NCBI GenBank assembly: GCA_043228905.1
Contig: JBHGNT010000011.1
Location: forward strand, 16,678,001-16,742,000
From: Azolla caroliniana
Taxonomy: Eukaryota; Plantae; Polypodiophyta
Direction of reading: 5' to 3'
Length of the DNA stretch: 64,000 nt
Each line of letters opens with the position of its first letter. Position 1 is the first letter of the stretch. The notes beneath the pieces are model-generated. The model worked only from the letters and a program-made list of their open reading frames with translations, was not told the DNA's origin and did not search any database. A program made the translations under genes and the position numbers. Below, in pieces: positions 1 through 13,889 of the stretch.

Positions 1-83
1 AAAAGGCCCCACAAATTTTTCCATGTGACATTCGTTGTAATTTGATTCAAAAACTCATCCGTAGATTAAATACTTGTTTCTAG

Positions 84-2314
84 GTAATTAAAAATGGTGA
101 AATGCTTGGTGTTGCACACCTGCGCAACAGGCGAGTTTTATCTAGTGGATTCACACATCTTGGGAAAGAAGATCTACAGGTGATTGATTTCATCAGTGAT
201 AGTCAACTGAAAAAGAGAATTACAGACATCTGCTGTAAACATTGTTAATCATTTTTGCTGTTTTGCAGATGATGTACAGTGATGGTGACAAAGCTTTTGG
301 CACATCAGCAGATCTTTGTGTAGGGGAGCGCATGCGAATTGCACTTAATGGGGTTGTTATTGCAAGGTAAGTTTTTATACTTGTTGCTAGAACTAATACT
401 CAAATCCTGTGCATATTTTTCTTGCTGCGTCTTAGTCATTTATTAAGATATAGACAGATAAACTTCAAATGTAGCTTCCAGCAGATGTTCAGGAAAAATA
501 AGCATGAGTTTTGTCTTCAGATAGATCTTCAAATTTCAAGGAACACTACTCATGTAATTTCAGAATTAATCCAACATATCAAGGCCGACATCTCATTTTT
601 GAAACCAAAGCTTCATTTGAAATAGATTAGTTATTATGAAGAAGTATTTGCGACGTAGAACAACAAATCCTCCACCAATTCAGAGAGAAACTTCTGTTGA
701 CATCTGGAGATAGCATGGGACAACTAAATATTTACCATTCCAAAATCAAACCTTTTAGGCTTTCCTAAATTTGTATGGAGTCCTAGCAGAATTCATAATA
801 ATAGGAGAAGAAGAAATTTCAATCTCAATTTGTTCTTTTATCTGACCATTGAAACGTGGGCACTCTTACACCATAGTTGAATGTCACATTCTGAGATCAT
901 GTTTTGATCACAGCATAGAAGTTTCACGAAAGGAATCTGGAAAGAAAAAGTCAAGACATAGAGGCTCAAGTGAGGAAGGTAGAACTGATGGGTTGAAAGG
1001 TCGCATCAAAATTGTCACACGCTGTCTCTGGGTGGATCGTGGGAAGCTCTTGGATGCTCTGCATAAAGCAGCTTCTGCAGCTCTCTCCAGTCTTAAGCTT
1101 GACTCAACTTTGGGAACAGTAGAGCATACTGTTGGTGTTGCCCTGCGAAAGGTGGTACAAAAATATAGCAACAGGCGTCCAGATGTGATTATAATAGCTA
1201 CTGAGGTCTCTCTCTCTGATAGACCTGAATCTGTCAAGGCAGAGGGACCCAATGACTCAAATGGAGGTGTGGCACCAAGAAAACACACTGTAAATTCTAT
1301 AAATGACAAACATTTTGACAATGCAGTGTCTGCAAAACTGTTCCAATCAATTAATTCCGCCCCAAGCAAAGCGGCAATTTCAATGGCAGGTGGTTCTCTA
1401 TTTTCTCAAAATATATTTCTGTTACAGCTATTTTAGAGGTAGAAATTATTTTGGCAGTTTTATTGGAAAACCCTGAAAGTTGTTTCACATTCTACCAGAG
1501 CCAAATCTCCAGGAAATGAGCCAGAAACTTCCTTTGGAAGCAGTTAAGGCAAGTACAACGGCATCAGAATTAGTGGGACAGTCAGCTATAGACTCAGCTA
1601 GAGGTAAGTTGGTTTGTCTGTCTTGTAATCAATGAATGTGCCTATCCTCTGTAACATGCGAGATTTGGAGAGTGAGATGGAGGGTGAATGAATGAGAAAT
1701 GTATTGTGCAAATCTTTTTATAGCAGAGGCTGAAAAGAACCTAATGGATAGAGTAGAGGAACAATCTGGAAATAATGTAACCATGTCTACGAATGAAGCT
1801 AAAGCTGAGGAACATGATGGAACTAGTGTAACCATGTCTGTATCTGATGCGGAAAAGACCCTAACACGTGATATTGAGAAACAAGATGGACATGATGTAA
1901 GCTTGGCTAACAAGCGCCGTAAATGGGTGTCTAAAGAAATCATGAAGTTAATTGAAGCTCGGAAGCAGAGAGAGGTGGAAGTACACAAAGGTCAAAGTAC
2001 AAGAAAAGGTCTTTGGAAGAGGGTCTCTGACAGTTTAGCTGAAGACGGTTTTGTTCGGAGTCCTGACCAATGTAAAACAGTATGGTTCTCATTGGTCAAA
2101 AAATACAAGGTACATGCCCCACATCTGTTTTTGGTAATTATCTCTTGTAAGATAAATTATTTAACCCTTAAGCTGGCATTTTTTTGGCCATTATGTGTTG
2201 TTGCAGAGTGACTTACAGGACAAAAAAAATGGTGTAGTTTCTGGTGAACCATTTCTTTGGTTTGAAGTTTTGGGTGATGCATTATCTGTGATTGAGAGTG
2301 CCACAACCACATAG
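84..2314 (+). CDS. RNJ: Chloroplast ribonuclease J (metallo-beta-lactamase/beta-CASP), 3' part, with C-terminal GT-1 trihelix domain; 5' exons lie outside the window
   Basis: GT-AG exons 84-179 ([23 protein letters not shown]), 269-366 ([24 protein letters not shown]), 914-1389 ([25 protein letters not shown]...KYSNRRPDV), 1499-1603, 1724/1727-2109 ([14 protein letters not shown]...LWKRVS...[17 protein letters not shown]) and 2207-2314 (...FLWFEVL...stop). Phases join in frame and the motifs are recognisable as plant RNase J. Confidence 0.92.
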
Positions 2315-3189
2315 ATATTCCATCCTTTTCATCTCTTTTGGAAACGAGCTGCGTGTTCATGGCATATCCATAATCAAGGTAGTTCAGAATTTTTATATTT
2401 TATTGTTCTACACCTAGACACAAATAATGTCAGTGCTGTTCATAGATAGTGCATTGTCTGTCCACAACCTCCTGGGCTGGGCGATAAACTGTCGATTCAC
2501 TCTTATGGACTGGCTAATCTCACACAGATAATAAATAATCTTGATTGATTACGTGTCTAGGAACTGGTAGACATTAAGTTTGGCTCAGATACTAAACCTT
2601 TTTTTTAGCAGGATGGTTTGCGTGTATGCAATATCCAAGAACTACCAGATTCCTACAACTATGAAACTGTCAATGGGAGAGATTTTTTGATGGCTATAGA
2701 AAAGGAAATTTGCTCATTGCACAGGAGAATTATTAGAATTGAGTCCATTATTTATACGAACTTTCGAACCATTGTAACAAGTTCAATCAAGCATACAAAA
2801 TGGTTGTTCTTCAAAGAGTTCAGGCCCAAAAGCTCACTATTCATTCATTTGTAGAATTTGGTGAAAGTTACATTATTTGTCGAGTCGAAGTAATGAACTG
2901 AGTAAATATTTTTATTGCTGCTGGCTCCAGCCAAATTTATGCTACATTAAGCTTTGGCATCATTCAAAATTTCTAAATTCAGGCTGTTCTACAACATTGT
3001 AGGACACATGCTGGTTGGTTTGTGTAACTGTGTGTAAATTATCTTTTGAGAAATTAATGTGGATTATGCTAGTCTTGTTTTGCTTAACATCAAATTAGAA
3101 TCCAAATGCCCAACCTCAAGTATTGGGGTGATATTTCTCAACTCGATCCTCCATATCAGCTTCCTCCCCATCATCCTGATCTGATCCCA

Positions 3190-3600
3190 CATCACATCAT
3201 GCAAGTCTTCTGATCTCGAAGTATTGGTGTAACGTACGATAAACGCATCGAAGATCTTCCTAACCCCTCAGTAATTCGTTTATACCTATTGGCAATGCCT
3301 TGTTTCTTCTCAATATGTGATGAGATGGAAGTGCCATGCCAAGATTCAACAAGCATTTCATCTTTCTTTGAATCTATGAATTGATTCAATAATGGCGCTT
3401 ACAAATCACTGATTTAGAATTCACATATCTTCACATATCTTCACTTTATGCATGTGAGTCACTCATTAGCTATACAATTGATGATGACTTGAGGCCCCAG
3501 GGTAATTACAAGAGAACAAAATTACAAGCAACTCAATCCATTTACTTGGGATTGTCTCCACAAGCATTATGATCTATAGGTGAAGTTCATACACATTTAG
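3190..3600 (-). mobile_element. Very degenerate possible Ty1/Copia integrase remnant
   Basis: The minus-strand peptide TSISSHIEKKQGIANRYKRITEGLGRSSM weakly resembles the integrase TPQQNGxAERxNRT motif. Boundaries are approximate. Confidence 0.25.
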
Positions 3601-4811
3601 TAACAAGTATACTCATTTTTACATTCATAGACATGTCATACAATTATATAAATGGACATTTATACATGCACACACACATCCATACATTTAACATACATCC
3701 ATTGCTTCACACGTCAGGCAATAATGTGGGTGCAAAATGAAGGAAATAATGCAAGTTAACTCTAGATATTTCATCATTTACAATTTTAAGACAACTATTT
3801 AGCTGCACTACAGAAGGCCTCTATATACTTCTAATTTATTTCATTCATGAATTAAGAAAAAAAAAGAATTTAACAAAATGTGCAAAATGTAAACACTAAC
3901 AGCAAATGCAAAAACAAAATTACTCAAGACCTTTCTGAAGGCATTGCAGGATAAACTGCCAATCATTCTCATACATTAGCTTGTAGGACATGATAAGGGA
4001 AATAAAATCATGCTTACAGACTATTCGTAGTATTAACATAGCAAAAGCAAAAGCAAAAGCCAGAAACTATTTTAGGTCCACCAGGCAAAGCCTTCATGAA
4101 GTCATTGTAGAATTAACTCCCAAATTGCTCCATAAATCAAATTGTCACGTGAGTAAAAAATCATCTATCTTCTTCATACTAACATAATGAGCAAAGATAC
4201 ACAAAGGCATGCCTATTGTCTGTATTAGGTAAGACCTACACTATTAAGGCAGTATATACGCAATTTTCAATATGATTTTGATTAATACATATACTGATAT
4301 AACATATGAGCAAAAAACACCAAATTGTTTCAAATGGCAAACCATGCACACTTGCATGAGATACATCACAAAAACCTGTTCCCCCAAAGATGAAGGAAAA
4401 TCAAATCCTGTCAATTGTCTTGTACATATTTTCATTACAGCAAAAGAAAAAAAGAAAAAAAATGAATTAGTCAGATGCGGGAGACAAGGCCCTCAATGAG
4501 AGAACCTAAGTAAGCCATCAATATACATTAAGCAATAAACAAAATGCGAACAAAATATGTTTATATTTCTACACTTGCATGAAAAAGAACTATTGAGATG
4601 CAATATGCCCTCAAAGAGGCTTTCCTGAGGACCTTCCAATTTGCTGCATACATCAATTGATAACAAGTGAACAATAAACATCAATTTGCTTCATACATCA
4701 ACGATTGATATGTGACCAAAAAAGAAGCAAAATAAAACTTTATTGTCTGTACATTGTTACATGACACACAAGCAAAAACACAAAAAAAAATCAAAAAGTT
4801 TAAAAAAAAGA

Positions 4812-5450
4812 TCACTTTGATGCACTAGGCAAGGCCTTCATGAAAGCATTATAGGAAGACTCAAGGTCAAAAAGGAGTTGTCTGCATTGTTGCTCAGTAA
4901 GCTCATCCGAAGCACTCATCCGGTTGAGCAAACTGATCCAATCCCGAGTCTTCACTTTCCCTTCAAATTCGGCTGGTAGCAAAGGCACGTTATTAAGGGA
5001 ACCCAAGAGGTCCAGAAGAATAGGATGCACCTGATCCACTGCAACCATGTTAAGCTTCAAAGAATCCATGGAAGTGATGTAATGCTGGACGCATTCTGCA
5101 ACTGCCATGGCTGACCCTGTCTCCATGGAAGAAGAAGTAGTAGTCTTGTGCTCGATAGTGGCAGGTATTCCGGAGGTTATGAGGCGGTTGAGGGCAGCCG
5201 GGCAATCCATCTTGTAATTGTCCATGAATTTCTCAACGTCAGGGACAGAGTCTTTGAGTGACGTCTTTAGGGTTTTGAATTGGGCGATGAGTTTGGTGCA
5301 AGCGGGTTCGTATTCTGAGGCTGAGATGGCATCACGGACATATGCTTTTTCGAGCTTCTCGGTTGTCTTTATGATGGCAAAGAGATCAGCAAAATTGTCA
5401 AACATTTCTCGCTCCCTCTTATCGCTCCATAGCTTCACCTCGGCCATCAT
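4812..5450 (-). CDS. VPS28: ESCRT-I subunit VPS28, single coding exon, 212 aa
   Basis: EVKLWSDKREREMFDNFADLFAIIKTTEKLEKAYVRD...VAECVQHYITSMDSLKLNMVAVDQVHP...ASDELTEQQCRQLLFDLESSYNAFM is characteristic plant VPS28. Confidence 0.97.
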   Translation of the reverse strand: MMAEVKLWSDKREREMFDNFADLFAIIKTTEKLEKAYVRDAISASEYEPACTKLIAQFKTLKTSLKDSVPDVEKFMDNYKMDCPAALNRLITSGIPATIEHKTTTSSSMETGSAMAVAECVQHYITSMDSLKLNMVAVDQVHPILLDLLGSLNNVPLLPAEFEGKVKTRDWISLLNRMSASDELTEQQCRQLLFDLESSYNAFMKALPSASK

Positions 5451-5461
5451 TTTTATTGTTC

Positions 5462-5902
5462 CTGTATGAATATCTGTATATACTATCCAAAGGAAAGGAG
5501 AAAATTCTTCTCCCTTTCCTCTTCTTTCCGGTTGTTATATCTAGGTGCTTCCAGAAACCTTGATCGAAATTCTTCTGATTGTGAACGAAAACCTGACCTT
5601 GATTCTCTGGTGCTGAAAGAAACCCTATTCCTGAACCTAGAGGGCCCAAAGAAACCCTATCAGTTATCCTCCGGTCGTGAAAGAAACAAAATGATCTTGA
5701 CTCTCTGGTGCTGAAAGAAACACTAACCTTGAATTCCTGATACTGAAACAAAACCTCTAATATTAGATCCCTTGGAGGAGGGGGGGGGCGGGGGGGGGAT
5801 GGAACCCAAATCTCCGAAAAGGTTCTGGTTCTGAAAGAAACCCTAATTACCCTTGGATGTGGCGTGTCCTTTTTCTGTTCTCTGTTCTCTCTTATTTATA
5901 CA
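5462..5902 (-). promoter_or_regulatory. Putative VPS28 5'UTR intron (~5850-5462) and TATA box (~5893-5900)
   Basis: Minus strand: TATAAATA, then donor CAAGG|GTAATT at 5850 and acceptor ATACAG| about 11 nt before the ATG. Telo-box-like TAGGGTTT motifs lie inside the intron. Confidence 0.5.
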
Positions 5903-6549
5903 TAGTTGTTTGTCGTGTCTTGACCTCTTCCCTCTCTTAATCTTTTTATTGAACATTGGGTTAAGTTAGTTGTAAACTTGTAAGTCGTGTCCAACTTTCA
6001 AGATGTGTTGAAACCTTTTATGCTTGCAAGTTGCACATACCTAATTTGCTTTCCGATCCGGACAAAACTTCAGAACCAAATGCCCATTTGATCTTCATCG
6101 GCCACTTAACATGTCTTCGAGAAATGGCGTCTTCTTTCCTACGACAGAACCCCAAGTCTCGATTTCCAGGCTCGGCCGAGACACCCTGCTCTCGATTCAT
6201 TCAGGACCCGCCTCGTCTTCGTGTCCACCCTGAATCCTGTCCCCTCTCTCTCATCTTCTATGGAGTGTTCGCCTCTTATAAGTTCTCAAAGACTATCTCG
6301 ATTACTCGAGGCGTTTTGCATTTAGGTGTAAAAGGAAGTAACGCTTTTTTCATCTTCATACCCCACCGTTTAGTGTGGCGTGGAAGTAACCGCAATAAAT
6401 AAAAACTGTAATGGTTACCACTTTTTGTTTTGATTAGTTGTTTTACCTGAGAGGCAATAGACAGTTTGAAAGGCAAAGGAACAAAAAAGATAATTCCCCC
6501 CACTCATAGAGAGTCTAAACATGATGTAATTTCTATGTTGTCATACCAT

Positions 6550-7500
6550 ATTTTAGGATGTTGTACATATGCACCTCTAGAATGAAATTCATTGTTCAAT
6601 GGTGCATCAAACATTAGAAATTCGTGTTAGTCTCGCATTCAATACTCAAATCAAACAACTTCTAGCAAAGAATTGAGATTCCCTTTGCAAAAAAAATGTT
6701 GAAGACATAGGTCATTCTTAAAGTTGTTATGTTCCTCACACTCTTAACTCTTGAGGTATTCTTCACAATGGAATAGTGTACCTCTTCGGTAACCAACTTG
6801 GGGCCTAGTGTTCAATTGGCAAAACTAGGTTTTCAAACGTTTAATTACAACATAGGAACCATAATGAAGGGGATTCAAATAACTGATTTCTTTTACTAGT
6901 TGGTCATCTTCAACATATACGAACAATTCTAGATTATTTCTTCTACTAGTTTGTCTTCTTCTAGATTATTTAGTTGTTGAAATATATTAATATTTTTTCT
7001 ACTAACCCATCGTATTTGTTGATCTACTAATATTTATTGTAACTAGACAAATTTATGACTAACATTCAACGTAGTAAGTTCAAATTATATTTGCCACACA
7101 TTTTCGAGGTCAATGTCAACCTAATTTCCATCGAATAATCATCCTTTGCATGACATCTTGCCATCACTTTCTCAACCCATACCTTAGAAATCTTCAACAA
7201 GACCTTGTAGATGGAATTTTCATCTACTAACGTGAACAACACTCCGATATCCAAAAGAAGAATATTTTTTGGCATCAATTGGATTATGAGTTTGTACAAA
7301 TTTGTGCTTGATTGTTGGGGTTGTCATTCCAAATAGGTTAAAATGAGAGTCGTCCAAATTATTACTTCATTGTTAGTACTAATATTCTTGTTTACAAACT
7401 GTGTTGTATCTCAAATTTGGAACTATATGCATCTACTTGAGGTAATTCTATGGGGTAAGAGGAACTTGTTTGTGGACCATGTAACTCATTATTGGGACTT
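6550..7500 (-). mobile_element. Degenerate LINE reverse-transcriptase remnant
   Basis: The peptide LLLDIGVLFTLVDENSIYKVLLKISKVWVEKVMARC resembles the plant LINE RT segment LKLDxxKAFDxVxWxFxxxVLxxxGFxxxWxxxVMxC. Many stops; boundaries approximate. Confidence 0.4.
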
Positions 7501-8545
7501 AAGCTGACATTTAAATAATCCTATTGGTACAGAATTCAACAAGCATCGAGGATTATAAATTTGTAAATCTGCCATCTTGAAATCATATTCTATGTTCAAT
7601 GAAAGGATACAAGAATATTTCATAATTTTTCCTTCAACAAGAAAATGATAAAAGAGACATTTCAATACAATCCTGACATGAAATTTGGTATATCATTTGA
7701 TCCAAGTGGTTAATGGAGGAAAAGAATATTCATAAGAAAGGAAAGAAGCTGTCATCATTATCTATACAGGTGAAGACTAACACAATAACCTTTTTGACAT
7801 AATTTTATGTTATAAATAGTGCTGCATGGCAGTACATACCAGAGTTGTTAGAACAAGTGTACCTTTCTCAATTCAAAGATCTATCTTTCATCATTCAGCC
7901 ATCACTTCAATTCATGATTTGAGTGTGTAATTGATGGGTCATTAAATTTGACGTCATAGGTCAACAATTGAACTTTCCAAATAAAATATATATAATCAAT
8001 TTGATCCATATAAAGCTACATTATATATTGAACACATGTCAGCAACCTCAACCCCATCCTCTCCACTTCATTTGATTGGTATGAAGCAATACCGTTGATT
8101 GAAGAGTAATTACATTACATGATCTATAATCCTAACAGGCTGAAAACAAATGTGAGCTCATCTGGTGCAAACTGTGAATGCCCATTCATCCTTGATGTTT
8201 CACTATTCAAATCATTAACAGCAAACCACTTATATGAAATGTAACACTAACTCTTCATACATTCTAGAAGAATCACATAAACTATATGTTTCACAGAATG
8301 GTAGGTGTCTTTAACTACTTCAGCAAAAACACTTATGAACAGCATGAAAATGAGTTGTGAAAATAAAACAATATTGTCAAAAACACTTAAGCAAAAGAAG
8401 ACATCATTGGGATCAGCTAGAAAGTGAGCTTGTAATTTTGGCAATTATCTGAAAGTTGAAGATATTATCTCAAATTGTGGCTAGCAGTAATCGTGTGAAA
8501 ACAACCCAGATTGTATCACATGAAAGATAAGGTCTGGCCTGCCTT

Positions 8546-11500
8546 CTAGTCCTTTCGAAGATCCATTACTTGGCGCTTTATACCATCAGCATTTACCACC
8601 ACTATCTCCAACCCATCACCCTATATACAATGTAAAACAAAATGGCTTTAAAATTCATTATTTTTTAGGGAGAAGAATACACTGGATAGGAACAAGCTAG
8701 CTACATACTGTATAAATATCCCGCTCCGCTGCTGATGCAAAAACATCCATAATAAGGTCAACAGCTTCACTTTCAGTCAGAGGGGTAGCAGATTCCTGGA
8801 TACCAAAACGAAATGGACAGTAAAGTTTGCTAACTTTCACTACAATCAACTCTACCTACAAAATTGTTGATCGAACACAGGAGTTTAAATACTTTGCATA
8901 TTCCAAACCTGAATTTTCACCTTCCCATTTTCAGAGTTGATTCAGGTTTAACAGACAACATACTCACCATAAATAGCACATATTCCTATGTCTTGGGAGG
9001 ACATGTTCATTAAGTAGGTTGTTTGGAGCTTTTTAGACATGTTCATCCCAAATTGCATTCAGAGTTATTTAGCCTCATCGGATATCATATATGGACATTT
9101 TAGAGCTTGACATTTACTTTCCATTAATTCTGTACACAATATATGTCTGCCCAATGTAAATACCATGCATGTAATTTACCTTTACTGGCAGCAGAAGAGG
9201 ACTAGCTGATTGTAATTGGTTGTCAAGAACTGGCATGAGAAGCTGTTGTCCACTACCTTGGGAACTATAGCCAACACGTTCATATGATCCAACAGCATCA
9301 TATGTAAAAACACAACCTTTACCTGCAAGAAGTAATCATAATACATTACACCTGCACAAATTAAATTTGATTGATGGAGGCTCTAACAGAGTGTAAAATC
9401 TTGTGTACCTTCGCTATCCAGACCTCCAAGGACATTGAAAGCATAATATGGGAAGAATCTTTTATAATACAGTGTGTTAGAAAGCAATTGAGCCATTGCT
9501 GGACAGCTCATTTTCTTACTGTGTTGATGCTGGTATATCTGCTTTACCAAAATAGCATTAAAAGACGATATTTTCCCTTGGAAACTGTAGCATTAAAATT
9601 ATATATTATACAGAGATTACATATTATACAGAGATTACGAAGGTGCAATACCCACAATTACTAATGATAACAAAATAAAAACTTTAAGAGGGATGCTCAA
9701 TAGATTTGTAGAGAGAGGAGCTGTGCACAAATGGCCAGAATCCAGGAGGTTATGGAAAAGATAAAAAAAGGCAGAGAGGCAAACAACTAAACCACCATCA
9801 AAATTATAATTATAATCCTCTTCTTCCTCCATCAAGATGAAGGAATGGAATTTTTGGTACATCTCAAATTAGCCGGGAGCCTGAACAAATTGAGAACCCA
9901 ACACATTCAATTTCTGAGGGTGTCCAACACTTCAGCATATTTTCTTCACACAAGGTTCTGCATAGAATGTGATTGGAGATTCTTGCTTTAGTTTCTTTAT
10001 ATTCTTCATGCAGACTTCTTTAGTTTGTCAATTTATGGCCTATTGGATAGTAACTTCTTACTTTATTGGAGGCACTCAAGACACCAAGAAGCCAAAACTC
10101 CCGAATAGTGACAATTGTAGGTGTCCTTAGAATGAACTCTCTTCTATTCTTTGTTAGCCTTCTTCGGGCACTTTTAACAACACAAATACACGAAAATATT
10201 GTTGGAAATGAAGGACATAAAGGAAAATGAAGCTTTAAGACAAGTGGCATCAAGACATGAAGGACAAAGAAGGTTGCTTATGTAGATGTTGAAACAAATA
10301 AACAGCAAATTCCTTAATGTGCAATATAGTTAGATTGGCAGGGTCAAACAATAGGTCAAATCACATGTATGTGCAATAAGCACCAACTGGCAACACAGCC
10401 ATGGAACCCAACTCGCTACGCAGAGCATGTGACAAAAATGCCTCTACAATGAAACGCAAAGGTCGAGACATTATCCTCTTACACAACCTCATTTGGTTAG
10501 GCATTCATCATGTCCATAAGCAGACATGCCACAAAACAGATAAGAGGCTATATGAGCAACATGTTGGCTCTTAGAAGATATTTCCAAGTGGTTGTTGGAA
10601 GTAATAGAAAAAAAAGTTGTAGTTCATATTAACACAGTTATCAGACCAGTTTGAAGTTGCCCGATATACAAAATACAAAGGAAACCTGCAAGCATCCACT
10701 TTGCCAGCCTTATCAGGAAAAGAAGAACAGGAGGAAAAGATTGCATCCTACTACAAGACAAGAGTTGATTCTGTAGCATAAAGGGCACCTACCATCTTCT
10801 CAATAAACCCAGCTTTCTTGCACTCCCACTTTATCTCTTGCTTTGTTTTTCTGAGGAAGCCGAGGAGAGGAATAAGACAGTCGGAAAACAAGATGGGCTG
10901 ATATGAGATCAGGTGTATAATCTGAGGATCTTGTCCCTTTGGATATTGATGAAATTTGGTGCAGAGCAGGATGACTCACAAGAATGACAACCATACAAAA
11001 TTTAAATTTTGGCATCATTACTCATAGAAACATGTATGGACATGATTGAAGATCCGATGATTTGTTGTGTGATCCAAATTAAACAGCAAACCAAATACAC
11101 ACATCTGCACTGTTCAAATTGGTCTAATTTCTCAATGGAGGATATGGAAAGCAGCAACAAAAGAAGAGTTTAAGAAAGCACAATATGTTTCTTGTCAATT
11201 CATTCCTCAGTAACTTGTTCCTATTGCCATCTTTTTCCCATGGCTATGTTGTTGGGAGGTGAGTCATACGTGATATCTCTATTCTGTATTAAGCTGTGAA
11301 TAGGGCAATTTGTACTATTGTGACTCTTATTCTCAGGCAAACTAAACTAAGTAATTATATTTATATATTCGCTAATCCAGGAATTACTGAAATCCCAATC
11401 AGCACAAAGGCAAGAGATATGTAGTTGAAATCCCAAATAAAGATTATACAACATGAGTAAAGGAAGACATGATTGATGACAAAAGACCTCATTATAGCTC

Positions 11501-13347
11501 AAATCTAAGCTTTATGCAGATACTGCCCAGAAACGTGCAACAAATTAAAGACACAAATGGCCAACCCATCATATCTCATACAATAATGACAGAATTAAAA
11601 CTAAAGACATATCATAGTCTGATGTTTCAGGAAGCACATCTCAGAATATCGACATAAATGAATGCAATGAACCAGAAGTGAAAAGAAAAGAGTATAATCA
11701 CAATATTTGAGATACTCATGAGTAACATCAGAAATGAACTAATATTTGACAACAGAATGTAATGAAACAAATCATGTAATGAAAGACAAATGATTCTCAA
11801 GCAATGATAAGTGAATTTGTTCATACTCAAAATCAAGACACGTGCATAACATTCTAACATCTGAAAAAAAAAACTCTACTTTATTGCTCAGAATGCAACC
11901 TGATGTTTTGCATCAAGATTCTTTTGAAGTGCCCGGATATCTGCCTGAAAGCCTGACGAAGCTAAAATACATTTATCTGACCTGCAAAACCAGCATTTAA
12001 GGTTTAAATAGATGATGTGTATATACATATTGATTTGAAAGGAAATAGACAGTGCATCTATGTCAATTTTATTTACTTTCATGAATTTTTTGACAGAATG
12101 AAACATTGATAGAAAGGAACAAAATCTGACTTGAATAAATGTAGTTTCTGCTAAAATTACTCGCTTTTGTGGTATTTCCTGATAGTTCCATATTTTTAAT
12201 AAATGAGAACGGAAACTTGGCACATTCTAGAGCTTTCTCAGTCACTTTGCATTTACATAAACTATATTCCAACAATTTCCTATTATCTAGTACATCAAAC
12301 AGGAACTCTTCGGATTATATACAGGTATATTCTTATGGTATTTTCTAAAGCATTACCTATTATGCATGCATGAAAAAGCAAACTGCAAGCATACTGTATT
12401 GTACAACTTCACAACCTTTGAAATTGAGAAGAGAGGCATAGATATATTCATCAATAAAATTTCATATACACCACAAATACTGGCAACATAACAGGATAAG
12501 CATAATATCATTCCCAAAACCATAAGACAAATATTAATAAAGAACCGCTTCAAAAACACTGGAAATATAAGACATGACGATAACATAAAGATAACAATAG
12601 ATAACCTAATAGTGCATTAAGCCTTCAGTCATTACATATACGTATAAGATAACAAGATAAGCATATCAAACTAATTTACAAGCAAACAACATAAATCCAT
12701 ATACATATACTAATAATAAATTTCCCAAACACTTGATTCACATACGTGAGGACCACAAAAAACTTAAAAATATCATTTTACCGAACATGTACAAGATACC
12801 AACAAACTATATCCCAACAGCATCTAACCAAATGTAACTACAAACCCGTATGTATATACGAGATAACAAGGAAAATCATAAAAGAAACGTTTTACAAATA
12901 CTTAAAGGTGACGAAAAAATCAGGAAGCAAACGACTTATATATACATGGAAGAAATCTAGAAAAGCATTAGGAATGGAACTTACAGATTGCAGATCTTTG
13001 AATGATCTCTTGTGAGGATGCTATATCCAGTGGACAGCCTCGTGTCTGCGGCTATGACACAATAATTTGATCCAGCTATGGCGACACAGGTTCTGGGTGC
13101 GGGAACAATAAACAGAAACGTAAGATCAGGAAAAGCAAAAGAACTAGAAAAATACGAAACAGCGGAAGAAAAATGAAAAGGGAGGCAGGGGGAGGAGGAG
13201 GAGAAGGAGGAGAAGAAGAAGAAGAAGAAGAAGAAGGAGGGAGAAAAAAGAAGCATAAGAAAGTTCTTCTCATGAGAGAAAAGAAGGGAGATTTATTTAT
13301 TTGCTAGTATACCCGCCATTGTTGTCGTAAGGACTCCACCTCGCCAT
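8546..13347 (-). CDS. PBF1: 20S proteasome subunit beta type-1 (beta-6), 7 exons
   Basis: Exons 13347-13313 ([11 protein letters not shown]), 13092-12985 ([29 protein letters not shown]), 11981-11900 ([13 protein letters not shown]), 9538-9409 ([32 protein letters not shown]), 9322-9180 ([25 protein letters not shown]), 8795-8709 ([10 protein letters not shown]) and 8620-8546 ([10 protein letters not shown]...LRKD*). All are GT-AG and in frame. Confidence 0.96.
9700..11000 (-). mobile_element. Possible degenerate LINE remnant in PBF1 intron 3
   Basis: Broken minus-strand frames have LINE C-terminal character (e.g. LAKWM, CLW). No intact ORF. Confidence 0.25.
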
Positions 13348-13588
13348 CGCTAGTTCTCGATCTCTGACGCAGGCCTCGTTTTTCTTTCTGCTGCTGCTGC
13401 TGTGTCTTCTTCCGCAGGCTTTCAAAAATTGAAGCGAACCCACGAACGAAAAGAAGAAGAACACGATACAGTGAAAGAATTCATTACATTTACATACAGG
13501 CAGACACGCGTATACGTATGCGTATACCGTATACCGTATGTATACGTATGATGAGAACATTTGTCGTTATTTCCATAAATGGCCTTAC

Positions 13589-13620
<32 letters not shown>

Positions 13621-13889
13621 ATTATCGTCTTCAAGGTCAAATATGACAAAAAATATAGCATTTCATGTATTACATATGAAAATGAGTAGCAATTCTTGAT
13701 GTTCAAGAACTTTACGAATGAACATGACAATTGAGAGAGCATTCGTGATTGTGACAAAAAAAATCGTGCAAGGATTGGGCTTCTTCGTTGAAGATGTGTG
13801 GAAAGCATAGTCAGATGTGATACTTAGACTCTCAAACTTCTTTAGGGCACACATGTATGAAGAGAGAGAGAGAGAGAGAGAGAGACCAA

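Noticed and set aside
908-1369. Antisense ORFs over RNase J (also those over VPS28, RING and DEK)
   Set aside because: They are shadows of real coding exons with no independent motifs.
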